A stretch of DNA of 64,000 nucleotides from Podarcis bocagei (lineage: Eukaryota), in NCBI GenBank assembly GCA_964188305.1, contig OZ076889.1; one strand, written 5' to 3'. The stretch's first letter is position 1, and each line of letters begins with the position of its first letter. The notes beneath the pieces were generated by a model. The model saw nothing but the letters and a program-made list of their open reading frames with translations. It had not been told where the DNA came from and did not search any database. Position numbers and translations under genes: made by a program. This document shows, piece after piece, positions 1-9,913 of this stretch.

Positions 1-253
1 TTACCCATTTTGGCCTGGCTATTTACACAAATAAATAACACAGCCCAAATTCCTCCCAGCTGGAAGACAAAGATCATTGTTCCAATCTTCAAGAAAGGGG
101 ACAGGTCTCTGCCACAAAATTGCCGCCCCATCAGCCTGCTAGGTATCCCTTCAGAGTTATGTGCTCAGCATTTACAAATGAAGTTAACTGACTGGCTACA
201 TACAAATAACAAGCAGGGCTTAGAGAAGGATTCAGCACCATCAACCAATGTTT
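1..253 (+). mobile_element. Non-LTR retrotransposon reverse transcriptase fragment (clade uncertain, RTE-X/L2-like), degenerate
   Basis: Translation IPPSWKTKIIVPIFKKGDRSLPQNCRPISLL matches the LINE RT N-terminal motif W..a.ivPi.KKGd....NYRPISLL, followed by a frameshifted QG(F)REGFSTINQCF motif. Runs off the window start. Confidence 0.85.
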
Positions 254-1275
254 CTGGGTATGTGCTTGGTAATGCTGCCAGATTCAGCTGCCACTCAGTT
301 CTCCAACAAAGGGCGATGGAGGGAAATCAGTGTGCACTGAAACTCTACTTAGGCTACACTAGCTAAATCCTACTATGGTGCTTTAACTCAGCCTCTGAAA
401 AACATGGGTGTGCAGTCCAAAACATCTGGAGGGCACCAGGTTGGCAAAGGCTGCTTTAACTGTAAATCAAGCTTTTAAAAGCTTTAATTTACCTACTGCA
501 AATATACCCAATGTGATTTCAAATGGAAAGTCATAAAAGACTGCATTATTCTGGCTAATTATACCCTTGATTCATTTCTAATTTGATTATTTTATATTGA
601 CATTTCCGCTGAGCAAATATTTTTATATTGGTTTCATCTTAACTCTGAATGACAGCAGTCACAATTATATTATAATTTAAACACAGTGGATTTGTTCAAG
701 AAAAATCCCAGTGAATGTCATAATTGCACACTCTGTATCTGTTTCTCTGCATGCTTCCATGTATCAGCGAAGACAATACCCAACTGGATAGACCAGTGCT
801 CTGATTTGTTATAAGGCAGATTCCTGTCTCATGCATATATCTCCGTGGTGCATCTTTGAAGATGACATTCCTGTGACTTGTATATGTCTTGAAGACTAAG
901 AGTTGCACAACAGAGGCTTGCATCTAAAACTCAGCTTTCTGTTTAGTGGCACAGATTGGGTTTCTTGTACTGGACAATGCACCTGGACACACCATCCTCA
1001 TTAGATTTGTACCCACCCTTCACCATAAGTTCCCATAAGTTTCAACAATATAAAAATACAATACTAAAATCAGCTAAAACAATCGGCAGTCAAAAGAATA
1101 GAGCAAATCTATATCAAAGGCCAGGGAAAGAGGTACATCTTTAGCAACAGAGTAAAGTTATGGAGTGAAATTGTGGGACACATCACAAGGGATGAGCTCA
1201 GAGCTATCAGTGTGGGACAGATTTTGCTGCTTAAGTGGGCCTCTGTTTATCTACCATTGTTTAGATTCTATTTTA

Positions 1276-1276
1276 A

Positions 1277-1331
<55 letters not shown>
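1276..1331. repeat. (AAAG)n microsatellite
   Basis: About 14 perfect AAAG units; explains the KERK repeats in ORFs 1165 and 1173. Confidence 0.98.
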
Positions 1332-2224
1332 CCTAATTCACCAGGATGCCTTGGTTATGATATTTATTTGTGCCTATCATTTGAAATTAAAATGCATTAT
1401 TTTATTATTTCAATGCATATGCTATTTTTTTAAAAAATGCACCACACTATTAGAGAGCTAAGTATTCTTATTAGTGTAGGCTTTGATAGTTTAAAAATTA
1501 ATTCTTTCCCTGCCGTTTTATTTCTGCAACATCTGTAACTGGCTTTCGATATGACTTCAAACCCCTGCTAGAAAAATAAACATCAAAATAATGAGCTTTC
1601 CTTATTGAATTCACCAAATTGGCACAATACACTAATGTTTAAACAAAAAATAAAAAATGGGGGGGGGGAGAGAATGAAAGGGGAACTTGCTGCAGTGCCA
1701 GAATGGCAGCACGATCAATTTTAATTAGCATTGCTCATTGTAGGAAATGATAAGGTATCAGTCATAGTAATTGGTGGTGTTGACAATTAGTCAAAGTCAT
1801 TAACATTGCAAAATCTAGAAGAAAAAAGGGGGCTTGCAAAAATTATACAGATCTAGAGAGAGAAAGGCTTAGTACAGAATAATTTGGTTTTTGCATAGTG
1901 TAGCGCACATAGTTTGGATTTACCCACACTTCTCACAGCTATGATTTCTGTATAATTGAATGCATACGCTGGATCCATTTTGGCTAGTTGTAACTGGACA
2001 ACAATTTTATTTGGATACTGAACCAGATAAGAAACAATGGCAATTTCAATAGTGGGATTTAATAAGTGGAAAATGCTTTCGCCTAATTTCTGATAGGGAA
2101 TGTTTGAGTTCTGGCTTGCCTGGAAGTCTCTTGACATGAAAATTTCTCCATTTCCTATCCCAGTCTCAGTGGAAGTCACTTTTTAAGTCAGGGAATGGGA
2201 TTGTAGCAGGAGGAGAGCATGTCT

Positions 2225-2397
2225 TAATATGTGCATTTTTGCACACATTGTTTGGATGAAGAACTGCATCACAAAATTCAGAAGTGTACAAATTTCAAAG
2301 GATAACTGTGTTTCAATCTGAGGATTGATTCAGAAAGTGTGAATTAGGTAGTTGTCAATAAAATGCAAACAATATCAATTTTATTTTGCATCCCTGG
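2225..2397. mobile_element. Old non-autonomous DNA-transposon remnant (hAT-like, end ...CATCCCTG)
   Basis: AT-rich repeat-like text ending catccctg; similar composition and the same terminus at about 43130-43391. Confidence 0.35.
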
Positions 2398-3126
2398 TGC
2401 ACACATTTTTTAAAAGTTATGCTTGAACCAATCCTTATCTTATAATCCCACATGAGAAACAAAAAACAGGAATTGTCAGTAAGTATTCAGCTTAAACATC
2501 ATCTGATTATTTCCACAGCCTTCATGCTAGCCAGTGCCAGCACAAGAGAATGGAATGCAAAACACAACTACCTATGTTTTCATTGATAGCCACAATTTTG
2601 GGAAGCTTGCCTTTTGAGGGCTGCACGCAAGTGCTTGTTGTTTCGGAATCTAGGTTTATCATTCCAGCCAAGGGAGACACTGACTTTTTGGTAAAAACAA
2701 GGGAGGCCCGGAAATGGAGGAAAAACATTATCTTTATGTTTTGTGCCCTGGTAGACTCTCCAAACAGCAGTGAGAGACAAGAGTTGAGCAGTTCACCACA
2801 TTAAAAAACTACTCTGTGGAGAACTGTAAATTTTGACTGTAACAATGACAAGAGAACACTCCATCCATATGCATCATTCTAATATAGAATAACACATCAT
2901 TATGTAGCACATGACTCAAAGAAGCTTAATTTGAGCCAGGAATGATCAGCATTTAGTTCTAAAGAACTATTTTGAATGGCATGTAAGTCTTCAAAATATT
3001 TTAGTAAAAAGGGGAGAGAAGGAGTGTTTGAGTATGTACAAAAGGTCTTTCCCTTCTATTCAGCAACATAATTTGGAATTACGAGGAAAATGAATTTGAT
3101 TTAAAAGACTAAGTGATGCTCTACGT

Positions 3127-3264
3127 CAGGCATAGGCAAACTCCGGCCCTTCAGATATTTTGGAACTACAATTCCCATTATCCCTAGCTAACAGGACCAG
3201 TGGTCATGGATGATGGGAACTGTAGTCTCAAAACATCTGGAGGGCCAGAGTTTGCCTATGCCTG
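3127..3264. mobile_element. Palindromic hAT-type MITE (~138 bp)
   Basis: TIRs CAGGCATAGGCAAACT / AGTTTGCCTATGCCTG; the element folds back almost fully; degenerate 8-bp flanks ctctacgt/ttctactt. Near-identical copies at 20231 and 57792. Confidence 0.9.
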
Positions 3265-3503
3265 TTCTACTTTAGTTGTGTGACTAGCAGTCATTTCAAG
3301 GGATGTAAACCTAGGATGGGTGATTTCATCAGATCACCATGTGCGAGGAAAGAACGTTTGAACTTCCCACCAATGGCACTGCTTACCTCAGAGACAAAAC
3401 TCCCATGGGCGACATGGGACACTACCAGCCAGCTCAGTACTGACTACACTGACTAGTCTTATCTGGCTTTGTATCCATTTAGGCAAATTGCTGTATGTTT
3501 ATA

Positions 3504-3745
3504 CAGTGGTACCTGAGGTTACATACGCTTCAGGTTACAGACGCTTCAGGTTACAGACTCCACTAACCCAGAAATAATACCTCGGGTTAAGAACTTTGCT
3601 TCAGGATGAGAACAGAAATTGTGCTCCGGCGGCACAGCAGCAGCAGGAGGCCCCATTAGCTAAAGTGGTGCTTCAGGTTAAGAACAGTTTCAGGTTAAGA
3701 ACGGACCTCCGGAACGAATTAAGTACTTAACCCGAGGTACCACTG
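3504..3745. mobile_element. Tc1/mariner (Tigger-like) MITE, 242 bp
   Basis: TA target duplication; TIR CAGTGGTACCT..GGTTA / TAACCCGAGGTACCACTG; internal GCTTCAGGTTA repeats; second copy at 40698-40939. Confidence 0.92.
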
Positions 3746-4504
3746 TACTCAGCTTCAAGCAAGCAACTCACTAAGTAACTATTACATTGTATTTCAGTGG
3801 TAGCCGTTTATTTCACCAATGCATCTAAATATCTCTTTAGTTAGGAATCTACCACCCATGAGTAGCAGAATCTCCACCAAAAGCCTGCAAAGCAGGTTAA
3901 GTTCAAGGCAGGGAATTTGGGAATAGCCTTAGATATTTGTCCTGCCCCTACACTTAACAGATCATTGCTTTTGTCTCCAATCCCTGTGCACTAGACTCAT
4001 TTTCCTGACCAAGCCAGATCTAGTTAGGCACTTGCTGGGCTGAGTGGATCAGGAATTGCTCCCAGCTGAAAGAAATGCATTCAGTTACTGAGCTGGAACA
4101 AGTCCAAATCCAATCTGCTCCCCCACTGGAAAATAAGCTTTCATGTGCACAGACCTTGAGGTGGAAGTCATCCGTGTAACTGAATGAGCATCAGTAACTA
4201 CAGCACTCAGATATGGCCTAGGCCACTTCTCCTCATGGCTGACATTGGAAATTCCTCCATATTAATAGGAGCTCTGATGCTATTCAAAGCCAAATGATAA
4301 CATTCAGGGCATAAAGATTAGACATATTTTGTTTTATGTTCCTTGCCATTATTTATCTCAGTTTATGATGACACAAACCAACTAGTTTCAGTAACAGCAT
4401 TAGGTATCTAACACAGGGATTGAAAGGATAAAATAAAAGTTAGAGTAAACAACATGTTCGCACAGCAAACTTAAACACTTGTGGTTAACCTGTGGGAATA
4501 TGAA

Positions 4505-4650
4505 CAAAATACACCTCCAGTCTTTTCTCCAAGGAGCTCCAATGGGTTATCCCACATTTTATCTGCACAACAACCCTGTAAGGAAGGTGTGGGACTGGAA
4601 CAAGGCCACTCAGTGAACTGTACAACTTAGTGGTGATTTGAATTATTTCA
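4505..4650 (-). mobile_element. Degenerate CORE/MIR-like SINE
   Basis: Motif cattttatc..cacaacaaccctgt.agg; related copies near 12008, 29820, 33385, 46430 and 52040. Confidence 0.6.
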
Positions 4651-4855
4651 TGCGGCACACTGCATCTCCACCAACCCAAGAGGGCCACTGCTGCATTTTC
4701 CTTCATTTTTGAAGGCTTTAATGTGTTTAAAGGATTGTCTTTGTTTTCCTTTCTTTTCTTCAATGCCTTGGAATGCTACATGAAATTCAGAAATTTGCCA
4801 CATACCCACATACCCACAGCAAATACCTACAGAATGAGCTATCTGTTATTAAAAT

Positions 4856-4917
4856 CTGGTATATGTGCTATGGGTAGCCATCTGCTGGTATATGTGCTTT
4901 GGGTAGCCATCTGCTGG
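4856..4917. repeat. 29-bp tandem duplication
   Basis: CTGGTATATGTGCT(A/T)TGGGTAGCCATCTG twice, one mismatch, followed by CTGG. Confidence 0.95.
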
Positions 4918-5029
4918 CAAAATTCCATTGTTGGCAGCCACCAGTTGCAAAAAGCGGTGGCTAAACTTCATAATGCCGTTGTGTTATATACTATAAAAGG
5001 TTTACGAGCTGTGTGAGATGGTGATTAAG

Positions 5030-5347
5030 GACATAAGAAAAGTCCTGTTGAATAAGACCAATGGGCGCTATTCTATTCCCAGAGTTGCCAACCAGATGAC
5101 TATAGGGAGCCCAAGCATAGCACACAAGTATGACAACATTCTCCACCTACTGGCATTCAGAGTCATGATACCTCTGATACTAGAAGTAAGATACAGTCAT
5201 TATGACCAGTAGCCATTGATAGCTTTATCCTGCATGATTTTTCTAGTCGCCTTTCAGAGCCATCCAAGTTGGCATTCAGCACTGCATCTCATGGTAGGAA
5301 ACTTCATATTTCAACTATACACTATGTGAAAAAGTAATTCCTTTTGT
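5030..5347 (-). mobile_element. CR1 LINE 3' fragment (degenerate)
   Basis: Begins acataagaa (reverse of the TTCTTATGT tail); contains gtagccattgatagc and gccatccaagttg, the reverse complement of the + strand copy at 25680. Confidence 0.7.
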
Positions 5348-6109
5348 ACTTTGAGTTTAAGGCAGAAAAAAGGAGGAAGTAAATGAGTTTTCTATCCTGC
5401 TGCAATGTTCACTTACTATAATCTATCTCATCTGTGAAGAACTTTGACCCACTAATAAGCTGCTGTGCATTAGGCTCAGCTCAGCAAGTGTCACAGCAGC
5501 TCTGAGTATGACATGTCTTTCAATTAGATTAATCAAGTTCTAATTTGCACTGGAAGGGCATGCTAAATAAAGGGAGGTTCCAGCCAACTTATCTCCATGA
5601 CAAAGAAATGTGTCATTAAAACCAATTCTAAATACTAAATTTCAGAAAATTTAATTATGTTTAATTTCTATTTCTCTTGCACTTTCAGGCCTTTGAACAA
5701 GTAACCATATAAATATAGAATACAATTGTAATTTCCACATGCACACAGTTTTTAGGGGGGGGGGGAATAACAGAACACAAGTTGGCCTCTATGCCCCCTA
5801 AGCAGAATACAATACCTAGTTTTAAATATTATATTATGAAAACACTGAATAAAATTACATTTACAATTGTAGGCTTAGAGTCTGACAATTTCAAAGGGAG
5901 ATAATTCCCCAGCTATGGAACACCAACCTACCTCTCCATGTGTTATCATAATCCAGTGTTCAGTGAAGAAGGCTTTCTCATATGGTGGAACGTGAAAGAA
6001 GAGGCAGTGTCTAATGTGTTTCATTCTATTTTGCCAAGGAGAAAATGGAAAGCCAGTACCCATGATGCAGCACAGATGTCAGATGCTCATGGTGACCTAT
6101 CATTATCAG

Positions 6110-6900
6110 TGTCATGATTCTCATCCCAAGGTCTTGCAGTGGATGGCAGAGGACCCTAATGAAGACCAGGTTCAGGCTACTTCTTTGGCAAGTACCTTAT
6201 TTGGAAGGTCTTCTAGTTGAAGGATATATTCTAGCCATGTAACTCTGCCTCCTCTCCAAAGACTGCAAAATAAGCATAAGGGCCCTTTAAGGTGGGGGGG
6301 GGGCAGCAGCACATATGTTACCATTCTCAGATGTTGGCAACCAGCCTTGAAAGCAAGCCAAGAAGACTGGACAATGAATGTTGGAGAGAGGACAATGGAG
6401 ATGGAAGTGTGCTTGAGCCAGAGGAAGGTAAAAGTGGTATGGGTTTACCTGTTGGGTTGTGTCCCAGAGTACACCAAGATGGAGAGAGAGAATAGTGAAA
6501 AGTGGGGAAAGAGAGAGCAAACCAAAGCTGAGTGAAGGTGAGAGAGCAGAAACAGAGCTGGAGAAAGTGAAAGCTGGTGCCTGTATGTGTGGAACAGAGA
6601 ATGAGGGTGTGAGAGGCAGGGAGGCAGCTAGCAGAAGCATGTATGTCAGAAGGAATGTGTGTGGAGGGGATTGATGCAGAGACTGCAGCAAAGAGGACTG
6701 GAGAACAGAAACCACTGTAAGAGAACAGAAATAGTTTACAGAAAACAAAAAATCTACAGGGGGTGGATTGGGTGAGAACATAAAGGAGCTCTCAAAAGAG
6801 AGCTCCTGGTCCATGAAAGGGTCGGCTGGGCAGTTTGGCTTCAGTGGAGACATGTAGACAGGCATAAGGGGATATTGAGGTTTTCTGGGACTGGCTGACA
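6110..6900. mobile_element. Candidate old solo LTR (~790 bp)
   Basis: TGTCA...TGACA inverted termini and a purine-rich interior; no clean TSD seen. Confidence 0.35.
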
Positions 6901-8690
6901 CAGTCGCAGTCTGCAGTGTGTTATTATTTTACTTTTAAATTGTGTTTTAAATCACAGAGTACAAAAGGCATATAAGTTAAATAAATATATAAAGGTGGGG
7001 TTCAAATCCTGTGATTAGAAGGGTCAAGCCGAACCTTATCATGGGAACTTTCCTCTCACTTTTAAGAATTATGGCCTGAGTGCAAAGCAGTTTGGTCAAC
7101 TTTTTACAAAGATCTTTGATCTTTCCTCCATATGCATCTATTTATTTTCTGCCTGGTCCAGTTCTTCCAGCATGTTTTGCTTGTCTTGCACAAGTAGTCA
7201 CATCTCTTTCCATGTCAAACCACAAGTCCTTGAAAGAAATCCCCAGGATAACTACCTCTGACTCCAAGCAAAGGAACTCCGACTTCAATCTTTACCTCCA
7301 ACCGGCGCCTCAGGCAAAATCTTGAATAAGTAAGAAAGACTCAGAGATGTTTCTCAGAGATCAACACATTTTCAAGGTCAATTTCTTAAGACTGCGCCTT
7401 TCATTGCTCATCACTTTCTGCCCGATTTCATGTGTTATCATTATGCATTGATTTATTCTTTCCTTTTTATGCCATTCTTTTGTGCTTCATCTGAAAGTGT
7501 GAGGGGGGGCGGGGGGCTCCACACCATGCATTATAACGAGAGGATCAGGCTCGGCTGGGGTTCAATTGAGTAGATTGACTGCTCAATAAGCGCAATGTCA
7601 GGAACTAAATACAACCTGGAAGCTTCTCACACCCTGTTTTCCCTCTTCCCAGTCACTTTCAGTCATACAGCTCAAGCTTTTTGCAGCTTATAGTTAATTA
7701 GTTTGCTTTAAACAGTTGTTTAAACAATTTCTGCTAGGGAAAAAAGCACAAAACCCAGAAGTTGCATTTGGTACTCTACTTTTCCGAGACTGGCGATTCC
7801 TCTCACACACTCATTTGTAGATCAGATTAAAGCTGACAGAGATGAAACTCGGCTGGCCCACATCCTTGAGATTGCTCCGGGGCCTCAAATCTGCATTTCA
7901 TCATGATGTGAGCACATGTTCCCATCATTGCTACATCCATCTGTATCACTCTGGATGTTAATTGTATGCAAACCCTATTTCCTTCATGAATCTGTTCATT
8001 AAAGTTCACCAAACCTGACAAGAGCCCCAAATAAGCATAACATCCTCATACAGTTCATAGCTATGTGGCACCTCAGGTTTGGGAATATAAGCTTCAGGGT
8101 CTAGTACTTTAAATATGTAGATCATAATCCTACAAGGCATCTATCAGAGGTGCATCAAAAAGGCTGTTTCAACAGAGAATGCAAATGTATTAAATATGTA
8201 TTCTTTAGAAATGCTGATCAGCAAGTTTGATTCCTTCAATGTGCAACTGTTCAAATGCTTGCTTCAGTGAACTGACAAACTCTGTATACTAAAAGATAAA
8301 GCAGGAGTGCTTGCTCTTCCACACAGTTTTGCCTCTTTTAATAGTATAAGCCAAACTTTTGGGCCCCTGTCTTATTGGTTCCATAAACTCATCCCTAGTA
8401 CACTATAAAAAGCATCAAGCCCATTGTATTTTATGTGGTATGGCAACCATTTATTTCATCTATGCATCAGAAGAAGGCGGCCACCTCAAACTCATGGAAA
8501 CATGAGGAGAGACCTGGTGGATTCAGGACTCAAGTTACTACTGTGTCTGTTTTTCACATTCCTATGCAGATGCCAAGTTGCCTATTGTAATTTTCTCAAT
8601 AGAATGAACAATTATTCACTTTCAAATTGACTTGTGATTTTTTTAAAAGCATTATTCAGAATAGTGGTTTGCACCATTCACTAAGGAAGA

Positions 8691-8941
8691 TAAAGGTAAA
8701 GGTAGCCCTGACTGTTAGGTCCAGTCATGGACGACTCTGGGGTTGCGCGCTCATCTCGCTATATAGGCCGAGGGAGCTGGCGTTTATCCACAGATAGCTT
8801 TCTGGGTCATGTGGCCAGCATGACTAAGCCGCTTCTGGCAAACCAGAGCAGCACACAGAAACGCCGTTTACCTTCCCGCCGGAGCACTACCTATTTATCT
8901 ACTTGCACTTGATGTGCTTTTGAACTGCTAGGTTGGCAGGA
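8691..8941 (-). mobile_element. Sauria SINE, 5'-truncated
   Basis: Reverse (ACCTTT)n tail AAAGGTAAAGGT; body is the reverse complement of the full copy at 16655; lacks the tRNA-derived head. Confidence 0.92.
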
Positions 8942-8944
8942 ATA

Positions 8945-9130
8945 AACATTAGGAAGAACATTCTGACAGTAGGCATTTTTCCAACAGTGGAGTCTCCCAG
9001 AAATTGGTGGACACCCCTTCATTAGCTGTTTCTAAGCTGCATGCCCAGCCAGAGGGGGTGCCGTGGCAGTGAGTTTCCTGCATTTTCAGGAGTTTGGACA
9101 AAGTGACCTTTGTTAAGCTATTTTCCAATG
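8945..9130 (+). mobile_element. CR1 LINE 3' fragment (old)
   Basis: aacattaggaagaac.ttctgacagt ... ttcctgca ... ttggac...gtgacc resembles the CR1 3' end; similar to the reverse complement of the 19778 copy. Confidence 0.6.
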
Positions 9131-9198
9131 ATCTTCTTGCACTCCCTGTTAAAAGAGTTGCTTACTTGTTTAGATTGTCCTCACTTGCTCCACTCTCA

Positions 9199-9430
9199 GG
9201 GAGCTTCCACACAGCAGTCTATAGTGGACTCAGTGCTGCTCAAGCATGAGAGCTTTGAAACGGTATCCACACAGCATCCTCATCAAAATGCCATCCCATG
9301 CTATCTTCCCATTTCCATTTCAGGCAAATATCTGCAAAAAGGATGGCATTTTGATGGAAGTTGACGCCATGCGGATGCGTGCATGAGCAAGCCATGAATC
9401 CACAATAGACCACTGTGTAGAAGTGCCCCC
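9199..9430. mobile_element. Long palindromic element, probable MITE (Harbinger-like GGG termini)
   Basis: Terminal ~33 bp are imperfect inverted repeats; perfect inner 16-bp inverted repeat CATCAAAATGCCATCC (9281-9296) / GGATGGCATTTTGATG (9341-9356). Confidence 0.7.
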
Positions 9431-9635
9431 ATTGTCCTTAGTGTCATCGTGATGCAGGCAAAACTAATTCAATGTGTATTGCCATGATGCCATCCTAATC
9501 ATTACGTGATCCCTGATTGGGAGGAATAGCCGCATGAGGAGGAAGAAACGACAGCAACGATGCAGTAGCCAGGGTGAAAAATAGCACCAAGCAGGAGTGG
9601 AAAAGCTGAAAATTCACACAATCTAAATGAGATAA

Positions 9636-9913
9636 GCTCACTGGAAGGACAGATCGTGAAGCTGAGGCTCCAATACTTTGGCCACCTCATGAGAACAGAA
9701 GACTCCCTGGAAAAGACCCTGATGCTGGGAAAGATTGAGGGCACAAGAAGAAGGGGACGACAGAGGACAAGATGGTTGGACAGTGTTCTTGAAGCTGCGA
9801 ACATGAGTTTGACCAAACTGCAGGAGGCAGTGGAAGACAGGAGTGACTGGCGTGCTCTGGTCCATGGGGTCACAAAGAGTCAGACACGACTAAACTACTA
9901 AACAACAACAACA
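9636..9913 (+). mobile_element. Bov-B (RTE clade) LINE, 5'-truncated 3' end
   Basis: ORF KLRLQYFGHLMRTEDSLEKTLMLGKIEGTRRRGRQRTRWLD... is the characteristic Bov-B C-terminus; (CAA)n tail; TSD AAATGAGAT at 9625-9633 and 9914-9922. Confidence 0.95.

Noticed and set aside
1165-1461. ORFs with KERK repeats
   Set aside because: Translation of the (AAAG)n microsatellite.
2522-2804. Three overlapping short ORFs and a possible minus-strand exon ending near 2571
   Set aside because: No recognisable protein in any frame and weak splice sites; may be a non-coding conserved element instead.
6287-6901. 204-aa ORF, the longest in the window, as a gene
   Set aside because: Non-ATG start, low-complexity peptide arising from purine/pyrimidine strand skew, no domain.
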